The notes below the pieces were generated by a model, which worked only from the letters and a program-made list of their open reading frames with translations, had not been told where the DNA came from and ran no database searches. This document shows positions 52,201 through 64,000 of a stretch of 64,000 bases of DNA, one piece after another; positions within the stretch are counted from its first letter, which is position 1; the number at the start of each line of letters is the position of its first letter. Source of the DNA: Auanema rhodensis (lineage: Eukaryota; Animalia; Nematoda); contig OZ059896.1 of assembly GCA_964057225.1 (NCBI GenBank), positions 16,802,001-16,866,000 on the forward strand, read 5' to 3'. The translations under genes and the position numbers were made by a program.

Positions 52201-53692
52201 CTCCTTTCTTCTATTGAATCCTTTTCTATCATTTCTTATCAGATGCAGATCTTAGTATGTGTCATGCCATCATTCTATCACAAACCGCATCTTTGATATA
52301 TCGCATACTGAGTTATATCTGGAGAGTGATCTGTTCAGTTCGTCGTCTTTTTTGTTTTTACTTTATTTGCTGTACTTGTTCTCTTTAATACGATTATTCT
52401 TGTTTTGACTATTGATTTTTGAAAACTTGTGCTCAACATAGTTCAGCGTTTTTGTCCCATTGTGATGCAATTGCCCAGTTCCTTACCCAATTTGCACATT
52501 TTGTGAAAACTCTATTTTCCGTTTTCTTCATTGATTCTCTAACAAGCTGCCACTTTAGGCTTCTGATTGTTGACAATTTTGTTCCAAACGACGTGCGACA
52601 ACGTGTCAAAGAGTTGGCGGTTTGGTCGGAAGAAGACTCCGTTTGGAATTTACCAGGTGCTCGTCCATTGTCTGGTTCTTCTCGCCCATCAACTTCTGAT
52701 GCTAAGGGAAATATTTTAGTAGGTGAGTGAACATATTGATTCTACGATCTGACAAGGTCAACAAAGCTTTATGTTTGTTCCCTGTGATGTAATTTGAAAG
52801 AAGTTATTCTTGTCTTTCATTATATTCTCATCTATCACTAATTTACAAGAGTTGTCGATCAAATGAAACGTTTCTCCGTCAGGGTCAAATCCTGCCTGTC
52901 TTATGAGTATGTTAACGTTTTTATTACAGTGGATGGTCAAGGAGTGTTTACCCGATCAATTGGTACAGATTCTGGGGTAGGAAGTAATACTTCAAGCTCT
53001 TCAGTTTTAAGAGACAATTACTTAGATCGGAGGCCGGTAAGTATTTTATTATATTTCTTAAAACTAACATTCGAATTTGAAGGTATCAATACCTGGTCTC
53101 CGAAGGCCCATGTCTTCATATGAGAGACTAATGGTTGACCAGGCCCGCGAACAAATGTCTGGACAACGTCGTCCTTTCATCAACAGTGAGAGTTGATTTA
53201 TGTTATTTGTGTTCTAATTTACGATTTATAGGTAATTATTCTGTTGAACCCAAAATGAATGAAGATATCATACGTTTCTGTGGTGAAAATGTACTAGTCT
53301 TTTCTACTCTTGAACGATTACACCCAAATGTAGTCGATTTTTCTGAAGACTCATCGCAGGTAAAATGAGATATTAAATTTCTGGGCTTCAATTTCATTTT
53401 AAGACTGTTGGTTCAACATCAACATTGGAGAAAAATGTGGTCATAGATGCTTCAAAAAGCTCCAATAGTCATTTTTCAAGACTTCGCTCGCCATCTATTG
53501 ATTCTAGGTCAGTATATAACTTAATTTGTTTACACCTCTACATCTTTTTGTTTTACATAAACCTCAAGCTGTGCAATATATTTTCATGATTTATTATTAT
53601 TTTTCAGATCTCGCTCAAAAAACGGCGACGCCCGCAACGCGCTTCCCAAAACTCATGTCTCCATGTATCCAAAGGCAAGAGGCCTCGTGTAA
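49235..53692 (+). CDS. klp-11: Kinesin-2 motor subunit KLP-11 (KIF3B-like), canonical isoform
   Basis: [34 protein letters not shown] (P-loop), [41 protein letters not shown], coiled-coil stalk, and the C-terminal YPKARGLV* typical of KIF3B. Confidence 0.95.
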
Positions 53693-53861
53693 AATGTAGC
53701 AATACTTCTTTTTCTGGACCATATTTAATTCATATCCCATTTCCCTTACAATTTAACTCTCAAACAACTCCACCAGTCATTGATCCTGTAGAATCATTTA
53801 GAAAGGCAGTTCAGGTTCCACTTTTATCATCCAACTTAGTTTATATAACTGTTAGTTGCAG

Positions 53862-55246
53862 ATTAAACAATATCCGAAGTTCACTTCCGCATCTTCCTCT
53901 TCCTCAGAGTCGTCTGAAGGTATTTGTGCGGATTACTCAAGCAAGGTATACCTAAATTTCTTCATCATTGCTTATTATCTTCTATTAGGGAGCCCGGTCC
54001 ATGACGTCCTCTCTTATGAACGAAGATTTGTGGATAGACAATCTCACCACACGGTTTGGTCATGTATACAACATGGACCAATCATTCGATTTCAACGTTC
54101 TTAAAACGTTTGTTCATTGTCTTTACGTTGTTATTTTAATATTTGTTTCTTTCAGTAGATCGTCCTCAGTCCCTCGTTCACCATCTATTCACATGGCGAT
54201 GTCATCTATCGAGCGTACTCCTAAGTCAACGAGAATTCCAAGCTTGATGACTCAAAGCTGTTCTGCAGGGTATGACAGTGTTTCTCGGTAGCAAATAAAA
54301 GTTGTATTTCTACAGTGTTCATAATGGTGGTCGACTTCGGAAGGACTTGACTTCTGCCTCTGCTCCTGCATGTGGTTCTACTGAGCAACTCTGCGAATCT
54401 TATGTTAGTGTTGCACGAGAAGCGAAAGTATTGCTTGAACGAAGTCGGAAGCGAACACCATTAAGAAGTCGTGTCTACGATTCAAGGTATTTCACATGTT
54501 GTGATATGACTATCAATCCCTGTTTATCTTGCAGATGCATGATGGATACCCGTCCTAGAACATCTATGTCGTGTTCGATGTTTTCCTTGAGACCAAAAGT
54601 GGAACCTCCCCGACTTCTGGCTCGTCCTCGTTGGAATAGATTCGGGGAAGATTCCGTGGAGAAAACTTCAATGGAATTATCAATGTATCGCAGTCATATG
54701 AATACATCCATGGCTGGTAAGAGTTTTGAGAAGTTTTGCTTTATTTTTCATTTATTTTAGCTTGTCGTTCAACATCTGTGCCAATAGAGAATATTGATAA
54801 AAAAGAATCTGTACGTCTTTTCCGTGTGAGAAACACATACGGTAAGTCTAATTTTGGCAATGCTTATCATGTACCTCTTCAATTTTCAGATGGACTACTC
54901 CCACTAACTATGAAACGGCTTGTTGCTTGGTATCGAATCACCTCTGCCAAATGTAGAAACTGCCGGTGTGAACAACGGTTACATAGATTATCTTGTCATA
55001 GTACTCGCTCCAAAACTAGGTAATTTATATTATTCTATTTATAGAATAGACTATAAAAACTGTTTCAGCAATATTGGTGTATCTAAGAAAGGAGTTGTTT
55101 CTCGTAGTCGATGCATCTGCTCATTAGGTCCTAGTTCTTTCTCTCTTACAAAATCAAACTCTCCTTTGCAATATATTTATGATATTGCTGCTATTTTTGC
55201 TGCAATAGCATTCCTACTGAACTTGATACTCAGTTTCTTTTTCTGA
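53862..55246 (+). CDS. Downstream exon block: probable alternative long C-terminus of KLP-11 (Ser/Arg-rich, ending in a hydrophobic helix), or a separate small gene
   Basis: Seven exons with consistent splice phases. The first acceptor (TTGCAG|53862) is phase 2, matching the klp-11 donor at 53507. Ends ..YIYDIAAIFAAIAFLLNLILSFFF*. Confidence 0.65.
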
Positions 55247-55552
55247 ATTTGAATCCAGAGATATATTTTTAAAACTTTTTGCGTTGTTGCGGGCCTAAAA
55301 CTTTTATTTTATTCATGAATTATCGTATATAGATATTGATATACGGAAGATGTTTTATTTGAATTAGTTGTATAATCTTAGTCATTTTGAGATTCGATTG
55401 TTCATATGAAAATGTTATAATACAATGAAGATCTAAAATGCTACAATATCGATATAATTACATGACATACATTGTGACTATTGTATGGCAATCAATCTTC
55501 ATATCTTTTAAATAACTCGTACACAAAACATTGAACTGAACATAAACGTTAA

Positions 55553-57066
55553 CTAGTTTGCAAACTTTCGTTTGATAGTAAAGCACAAAAATAGACCTGA
55601 GAAGGAGAGAATCATGAAAATACCAGTGACCATGCAGACAATAGGCAAGAAGCGATTATGTGGGCCCACCCAACGCTCTCGAGCTATAATAAAAATCTTT
55701 TTGCCTTTAAAAGATTGTGGATTGTAGTCTAAAAATGAATATTTCAAATATTTAAACATTTTGCAGATTACTATAGTTGATAATCAGAGTATAATTCCCT
55801 TTCTTCAGACCGTTTTGGAAGTAATCTGACTGGAAATTATACTTTTATTTCAGGAAATTAAGCAAACTGAAATAAAAACCTCTCGATCTAAATTGCGAAA
55901 GTGCTTTCGAAAGCTCGGTAAGGCAGCAGGTTTCATCCAAACCATAAGATCTATGTTTTCTAGTCCAATTCCTGCACCTGATGTATCTTCTTCATCATCT
56001 GTTACACCTAGCTCACAGATGGGCTTTTGCCACCACGGAGGTGATGCAGTTCCCTGAAATGTATATGTGCTCTTCGGCATCATATTTAAAACTCACGGCA
56101 AATGCTTCACATAATGTGAATGTTGAATTATGTGGCGGATTTCGGAATTTTTTTTTTTGCTCTTGAGTGGTTAAGATCCCGTTCGCCGTAAACGGTACAC
56201 GAATTATCTCTGTAGTATTATCAGAATCATGAAAATACAGTTTGAATGTGTCTGCAAGAAATAACCATAAGTTCAAGACTTAACACGCCTCTTCCATATG
56301 GCGAATGACCGAACATACCATTAAACATTGAATTAGCTATGAACCCGCAAGGTACAATTGGTAATATATTCGTTCCATTATTAACATAGTCCAATGGATC
56401 GCAATCAGAAGTTTTATTCAGATCACCAATCAGTTGATGATCATTCCGAGATGCCAAATAGAATCGATAATTTTGATAAAAGCGGGTTAGTCCATAGTAA
56501 AACTGGACATCTCCCTTGAATAGAATAGAATAATCAACAAACGTTTCAAAATTACTTCGTAGTCCTGCTCCAATTGAATATTGAATACACAACGGGTCGT
56601 ACCATCCGGATAAGAGAAATTCGAAATCAGGTTTGCTTCGGTTCCATTTTCCGTCACACAGTTTGTATAATCAACAGCTGTTTCCAACGCTGAATAACAG
56701 GTAAGTACAGAGTGAATTAACTTATTAAATTTGGAACGTACATTTTTCAACACCAAGGAATAATCCAACGCCAAGGGCTATAAGACCAATTCCAACAGCA
56801 ACAGCAATTGGGAAGGCCTTTGTAATATTTAGTTGAAATCTTGTCACAGGTATAAACTTTTGTTGTCGCCAGTCAGCATCTAAAAGTATCTTGTTTTCTT
56901 AGTTCATTTTATTCATATATTTAATATAATATCCTTATATTATTTTTTTGGAAGCATGGAAAGTTGAAAAGTTTTGAAAATGAACAAAATTAAAAGTGTG
57001 TATGTTACCTGAGGGTTTGTTAGGTGTATGACGGTTTTTTAAATTAGCGATTGCAAATTCAGACAT
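55553..57066 (-). CDS. CDC50/LEM3 (TMEM30) P4-ATPase flippase beta-subunit
   Basis: MSEFAIANLK..DWRQQK.., TM1, VQFYYGLTRFYQNYRFYLASRNDHQL, PCGFIANSMFNDTF, GLENIDLMVWMKPAALPSFRK, DYNPQSFKGKK, C-terminal TM. Confidence 0.93.
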
Positions 57067-58102
57067 TTATCCTTGCATTTCAGTTTACTTACAATAATTA
57101 TCTGAATATTACTCAATTTTATAAGTGAGTTTAACTTAAATGTTTGAAGTATAACATATTATCATGTTGGAAGATTAGGAAATGAACGAGAGAGAAAGGA
57201 GGGGATGAGTATGCCACAAGAAGTTGTAATGGTTAGACATGCATATATATTCATAGGTATCATAATAGGATTTGTGAGTTATTGTATAAAATGTCATTTT
57301 ACACGACAACTTGAAAAAAACTTTGAAGACTTTGACAGTAGGTGAATGCGAGAAGATATAACATCGATTGTAGAAAACAGAAAGTTTGAATGACTGGCAA
57401 CAGATGACGAAAAGTCAACAAAACGAGTGCATGGAGACGAAAGAATATTTGAACGGCAGAACAAGCATTGGATAAAAACTTAAAAAGATGAGATGCAACT
57501 AATTTACTAGCTATTGGAGAATAATCATCTGTAATAACATCATGAATAATAAGAAAAAGTGAAATGTATAACAACAGTATAAATCGATTTTAGAAACTTT
57601 GTGCTTCTTATCATGTCACTTGAGTATTAGATAAATTTCATTGAACGCACTTGTTTGTTCTCATCACGTATAAGATTCTATTTGTGTTTCTTAGTCATGC
57701 TTCCTGCTATTCAACAGACGTTTACAAAAGCTGTTCATGAGAGAAAAAAGGATGTCGAAAGGAAAAGTTCAAACCGCATTAGGACGAATGTTTACTGAGC
57801 ATTGCTGAACGTTTGCAAAGTTCACATATAACAACAATTTATAAACATCTGTTTGACTTATCATGGTTGAATTTTAAAAAGATCATTAAGTTTAAATACA
57901 ATAATCCACAAATAATTGGTGCCCTAAGCCGCGCTAGTCTGTCGTAGTTTTTCAATTTCATCACTAGATTGCCTGTACAAATTCCAGCTCATCTCACATC
58001 TCGGCAGTAGATTGTCAAAATATTTCGATTGTGAGAAACTTCCTCATCATTCTACGGAAGCTCGTTGTTCAGACAAAAATTTGTATTTATTGGCACTAAG
58101 TA

Positions 58103-59434
58103 ATGCTGCAGACACTCCTCATATTCTCTAACTTAGCTGCGCTTGGTTACTCACAAGGCTATTCTGAGAAAGCTTCCCAGAACGTAATTCAGTTATCTTT
58201 AATTTGAATCATTTCCTCGATTTTTCCTGTAGGGAATGATTATGAGCTTGTGTGGCAGCTCCAATACTCCAGAGCAATGTATTGATACACATTTTCTATA
58301 TAAATATCATTCAAAGTAAATATATAAATATATATGTAAAATTGAAAGCTATTATAGTTAACTGTTGTAGATTCACAGCTGATTGTAGTGATACTATATT
58401 TGATGGACCCTGCTCTGTAACGGTAGCATTAAAACCATTTTTATAGTGTTTTCAGCAAATGTTTGAAAATGAAAAAATATTTAGATTGCAATTGGAGTAA
58501 CTGAAGATGTTATAGCTATTATTTTCAAAGGAAGCTCAAATATCAACACTTTTAAGTCAGTAGTCTCATCGAAGTTAAGTTCAATGGTTTGAAAAAATAA
58601 ATGTAATATCATGTTCAAACCTAATGAAAATGATTAAAGCCAATGGAAAGTTTTGAAACATTTGGTAAAGTTGGTAAAGATTTCAAAACTGCTTTTCAAC
58701 GGTTATGGGATGCTGGATTAGGTGATACAATCATGGAGTTATGGGGAGATTATTGTGAATATAGTATTCTCGTAAGCGAAAATGCATATTTACAACTTAT
58801 AATAGACCTATTCTCATAGATTGTTGGCCATTCGACGGGAGCATGTCTTGGTCAGCTTGTACTACCAATGATAGAGAGTCTTCAGCTATTCCGGAAAGAT
58901 CAACTCATCTATTATGGATATGGAGCACCAAGATGCGGAGATCAGGATTTTGCTTATTCGGTTGATAAAACAAGCGACAATCTCTGGAGAGTCAATTGGA
59001 TTGATGATAATGTAGTTGTAAGTCATTGAGCTTTGATGCTTTTATGCAAGAACTCGCATGCACAATCAGAATATGCCAAGTACAACATGTGGTCGATCAT
59101 CTAAAGCAGTTCAAAACTCAGGAACATCATGCTGGTTCCACTGCTGTGTATAAAATATTACCAAGCATATAGAAATTGACTAATTAATTCATTTTAGAAT
59201 GCTGCTTTGGCGAAAAAAGGATTCTTAGGTATAGGCTTAAGTTTTACCAAATGTACTGTTGGGGAATCAACCTCATGCACAGGAGGTATCATTCATATCT
59301 CTTATTTTAAAGTTATAAACTTCGTTACTTCAGGTTCTAAAACGCCAGCTCATTACACGTACTGGGATACGAAAGAATCTCAGTATGATAACTTGATATG
59401 TTCCTCGAATGCAATCTTCACAGTTAATATGTAA
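58103..59434 (+). CDS. Secreted class 3 lipase
   Basis: Signal peptide MLQTLLIFSNLAALGYSQ; nucleophile elbow IVGHSTGA; YGAPRCGDQDFA; WRVNWIDDNV (catalytic Asp); AHYTYW (catalytic His); stop at 59432-59434. Confidence 0.85.
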
Positions 59435-62400
59435 AATGAACTTGGAAAATAACCATTTAAACTTTGTTCCTAATAAATTATTTTGCTCCTTATGATTTTA
59501 TCGTATTGTTTGTAATAATACTGCTAATATGATAACAACAATTGGCTATCTGCTTATGAAATTTCTAAAAAAACATTGAATTCACCGACTAACCTTCAAA
59601 TATTGCTTCCTGTCTCTGTGTTTAAAAAATAATAGAGCTATAACTGTGAATGTTTTTATTAACAACAGCGTTATCGATTATTTCTGTATTTAATCCAGAG
59701 AATTTTTTCCAATTTTCTACATATCCAGGTAACATACATTAATATTGACGGATTTTCTTATTATCTTCTTATATGTTATTATTAGCTTCCGCAGTGCTTG
59801 AAAGCAGCAAGAGCAGCATTGCTACAGTTGTTTCCGACAACTTCATGACATGTTCAGGGGAAGCATGTGCAATGTGAGTTTGAGGAAGTTCACATGCACA
59901 GAATTCAACTGAACACAAATACATTGTTTCAGAGTGAGAGCCCCAGCTAAACTTGAGCAATTTGATTCAAATTATTCTATGAACGATTTTTTTATTAGCA
60001 ATTGTTATGGCGACCCTGAAAACATATTATCAATATTCGAGAAATATAATTCTAAGGTTGGCAATTCATGACGTATTAAAAATTTTCTAATAATTTTTTT
60101 AAAGAAAAATGACTGCAGATGTGAGTATTCGAATAAGAAAGATCTATTAAATTATTCTCCATTTTTCACCGTGGCTCTTGCAAATATAGTTAATATTCTT
60201 TAAATTATTTTCAACAAAGGTTTTTTTGATTTTCAATGTTTTTCATTATTTATACGCAACAAACAATTTAAGATTTAGTATATATCTATATACATAAGTA
60301 AGAAAAGTAAGTAAGAAATATAAAGATGCTTGACAGTCTGACTTTTGATTATACACTAATATCTCTAATACAGTATCTAAATCTTTTTAAATTATTAAAG
60401 AGAGCGGAATTGAAGTGAACCTGAGGTAGGCGGGAGTACAGATTGAGAAAAATATATAAAAAAACAATTAGATCGTTTATAACAATCAAATATATTATAT
60501 ATCAATGTATTTTCTTCTTCTCTGGTGGTCCATATTCCATAGCTCATATAGTGAAAGAGAGAAAGAGAGAGCGGGAAAGAGGGAGAGGGGAGGGAGAGAT
60601 ATAGAGAGAGAAAGAACGGGTTCGATTGAACGCAATGTCAAACGGACAATATAAAATCACAATCAACAAACGGAATGATAAAAGGAGGATTAGATGTTCC
60701 TTGTGCCTCAACTTCTCCGTATGTTTTCAGTTCGGCTACTTCAGCTCTTAAATTTTCCAATGAACTACTGCATAGGATGAAGTGAGACTAAGTTTTCCCA
60801 CGAGATTATAGTGCTCTTCAAATTTTTTACTTTGAAGAAAAAATAAAATACATATTGGCAAATGGAACGATGATAGAAAATGTGGAGTTCATATAGTTGC
60901 AGCATTTGTCATATCCAGCATTATCTTTTACGAGTATCTTTTCGTGGTTCTATGAATAAACTTTAAGTTGTTTATATTTTGGATTTTCACAGGCTCCACT
61001 TTCAAGAGATCTCTTACTCAAGAGTTTTGAGAATAGTTTCACAGGTTTCAAGATAATTGTCTTTTTTCAATTTTTGCGTTTCAGCTTATTCATAATATAT
61101 CCTGTCAATTTGAGTATTATCTATATGAAATGTTTAATGAATGATAGAATAGTATTAATGGCATGAAAGCAAAGAGAAGAATACATCTTTTCATGAAAAA
61201 TTGAAAGCCCCGATTCATCCTAACTGTTTGCGTGAGCATTAATAGTGCTCCTCCTAATCTTGAACGTCTTCTCTCATGTATAATTTGATATTTTTATTTT
61301 TTTTTAAGGAATAAGACAAAAGGATAAAAGCTTCTGTTCTCTATCTATCTCATATTTTACAAACCCGGATGTGTTTATGTAAATTTGTCATTAAACTTAT
61401 TTTAAAATACAAATAGTACAAGAACACTTACCAATTAATCAACTAGTCATTAACGTTTAGTCATTTGCTATTCATCTGATCTACATACATATGCATGTAG
61501 TGTATCTTATGCCAGTTTCACATTGACACCACTTCCTTCTTCACAACCACCTTTTTTGGTTGATTATATGCACAGTTAGCTTAAGAAAATTAAAAAAAAG
61601 GGCCACCATCAAAGAAAATGATTATATATTATATATTATATTCAATATTCAAGTTAATAAACCCTTTTATATAGCAAGAACTCAAATAAACTAAAACAAA
61701 TGTCTTAATTTTCTGATGCAAAACGTGAAAAAATTGAAAATGGTCGTTTGTATCATCATGAGTGGCTTTCATTACCATCTCATCTTGGTGTTCATTTTCT
61801 TTTCAACTATTTCCTTTTCAAATCCTACTCTTCCTTTTGCTACGCTTTTTTATATTATTATTTAATTATTTATTTGTTTGAAAAATAACAATCATTCGTC
61901 TAAAAATCAAAAAAAAAAAGAAAAAAAGACATCTAAGACATATTGCTTTTGTTGAACTTATACTTTAACTACAAAACCAGAAATATACGCACACTTCCGT
62001 CTCAGTCTTCAGTTTATTTGAGCAGATTTCCTGAAACTGTCTTATTTTTGCAGCTTGCTAGCTTGCTCGGACTTTGTCTGGACTGTCTTCCTTCATTATT
62101 GCTCTCCAAGTCCATGTTTCTGCCTTTACACTATATCTCAATCTAGCTTGCTATCTCCATCTTCCTTTCCAAACATCTTTTCATTTTGATATGATTATTA
62201 TTTTAGTCTACTCTTCATCTATCTACCAATTTGCCTCCTCTTGCTCCACTTCATCATCTAATTCTCTTTAAACATTTCCGTATCCTGCTATTGTTCCTCA
62301 ACGACTGATTAACGTTTTTTTGTTTTATTTTTCGTATTCAATACTTAAATCATATAAATGTAGTCCTGATTCCATATCCGTCACGCCATCTGTATATGTT

Positions 62401-62756
62401 CATCTATACACGTATTCTTGCACACTCAAGGGGATATACCACGAGTATAAATAATCTGATACAGAAAATAGAATCACATCCAAACAATCACATTATCAGA
62501 TGACGTTGTGAGTATGGTAGTAAACTTCTTCACTATTCAGTTTAGGTTCAGAACGCATACAGACGCATTAAGACTCTGTTGATTATGAAGATTTTTGTTG
62601 TTTAGTTATTATTTTTACTTCCAAACTTTTGTTGTTTAATATTTAGATCTTTTATTTTTTTTCTCTCACACACCCGTTTCTCTATATACTTCTTTTTTTC
62701 TATTTCTTTCTCTTGATTTCTTCCTTTTTGACTCTCTTTGATTCTTGTTTTCTTCG

Positions 62757-62760
<4 letters not shown>

Positions 62761-62794
<34 letters not shown>
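62761..62794. repeat. (CT)n microsatellite
   Basis: Perfect CT run; it produces the spurious ERERER/SLSLSL ORFs in the track. Confidence 0.9.
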
Positions 62795-62800
<6 letters not shown>

Positions 62801-63906
62801 TTTATATTTTCATTACTTATTCTTATTATGTTCTCGCGGTCGTTCATATTCACAGATAAATAAGGAAAAGAGATCAGACAAGCTTCATATTTGTAGGACA
62901 ATGATATCCTCTTCTATCATGATTTAATAACCTGATGCTCCGTATAGAGAATCCTATTCAAAACTATTTTATTGTAAAACAGCTCCTTCTAAGTCTGTTC
63001 GTGTGATGTTTACGACAAGATTTCAAAATTCTTGGCTGTCTGAGCAAACTCACTACATTCGATTCTATCCTTAAAACGGCACCTCAGTCACACTACTTCA
63101 ACTTCTTCTACGTCATCGTCTTCAGATGAAGATGTTTCATTATGATATAAATTTCTATAAATTAATTATTGAACTAGCTTTCATTCAAAATTTTTCGCCC
63201 ATAAACTATTCTTCAACACAATACTATTGCCGATATTTTGTCTGCGACACGATATTTGAGATAAAAAATGTGTCAGAAGATTTGATACAAATCACATGTT
63301 CCTGTGAAATTGACCATATATTAACTAATATATGTGTATAATACGCATAGTAATATGCAATAAAATATTTTTCATTTTTGTCTTCTTTTCATGTTGCGAA
63401 TTCTTTCGAATCAAACATCGAACCTAGGCAAAATCCCAATGTAGATCTCTTTTATATAATCTATGTGTCTATAACTAGTATATGTAAATACATATATACA
63501 TATAGTATATGTTGAATATTATTTATAAAAACAATCTATATTATAATCTAAAAAACCAAAAAAAAAAACTAAAAAAAAGTTTCTTTGTTTATAGTTTGTT
63601 TTATCTTTCAATAGTTATAATAGCATTTAAAACAATGACAAATTATCTATGCCTGTATAACCTAATATGTCAACAAACAGCATAAAATTTATTTTTTTTC
63701 AAATTACCCTCAAGACCTTTCACCTATGACAATTGAATTAAACGATTTTGACATTTCAATTATATAGTTTAATACATATAAAATGTAAATTTGTGTTTTC
63801 ATACAACACAAAGTGGTCGTTGTCGTTTTTTCTATTCGATGAGCTTGTACCACAAATATAAAGATCTTTATTTAAGTATAACTAGATGAGATATGTAAGA
63901 GAAAAG

Positions 63907-63951
63907 GAGAGAGAGAGAGAGAGAGAGAGGGAGAGACAGAGAGAGAGAGAG
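63907..63951. repeat. (GA)n-rich microsatellite
   Basis: Interrupted GA run at the window end. Confidence 0.85.
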
Positions 63952-64000
63952 GGATGGAGGGAGGGACAGAAAAAGGTAGTTAGGGTGGGAGGGATTGAGG

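Noticed and set aside
52243-52254. Alternative first exon ATGCAGATCTTA|gt inside the long klp-11 intron
   Set aside because: Its phase-0 donor is out of frame with the phase-2 acceptor at 52559.
60422-60443. let-7-family miRNA gene (TGAGGTAGGCGGGAG..)
   Set aside because: No complementary arm nearby, so no pre-miRNA hairpin can form.
59769-63341. Exon-like fragments and ORFs near the window end, including 62602-62901
   Set aside because: No coherent spliced model or recognisable domain; 62602-62901 comes from a CT microsatellite.

Overview
AT-rich eukaryotic DNA with short (about 40-55 bp) GT..AG introns, often with TTTCAG-type acceptors: a rhabditid nematode, probably not C. elegans since its genes are more intron-rich (about 11 introns in 6PGD). 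I spliced the exons by hand and found eleven protein genes: the 3' end of a serpentine chemoreceptor, a large secreted Kunitz/EB/Cys-repeat protein (-), swt-3 SWEET (+), 6-phosphogluconate dehydrogenase (-), a TWK two-pore K+ channel (-), an aqp-10-like superaquaporin (-), a divergent stand-alone MYST acetyltransferase (+), a 71-aa secreted neuropeptide-like precursor missing from the ORF track (+), a peptide GPCR (+), kinesin-2 klp-11 (+), a CDC50 flippase subunit (-), plus a class 3 lipase (+). The main discovery is in the single oversized intron (4834-7023) of the Kunitz gene, which holds a minus-strand cluster of box C/D-type small RNA genes. Three are U87/SNORD87-like snoRNAs with a 28S rRNA guide. 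The rest form a ~266-bp tandem array of 4 intact and 1 degenerate cassettes, each with a constant upstream element, TATA, C/D scaffold and T5 terminator but a variable orphan guide. Two splicing observations also stand out: four in-phase alternative terminal exons for the TWK channel, and a klp-11 isoform ending in a predicted transmembrane tail anchor. Gene models and homologies come from manual reading and recall, not database searches.
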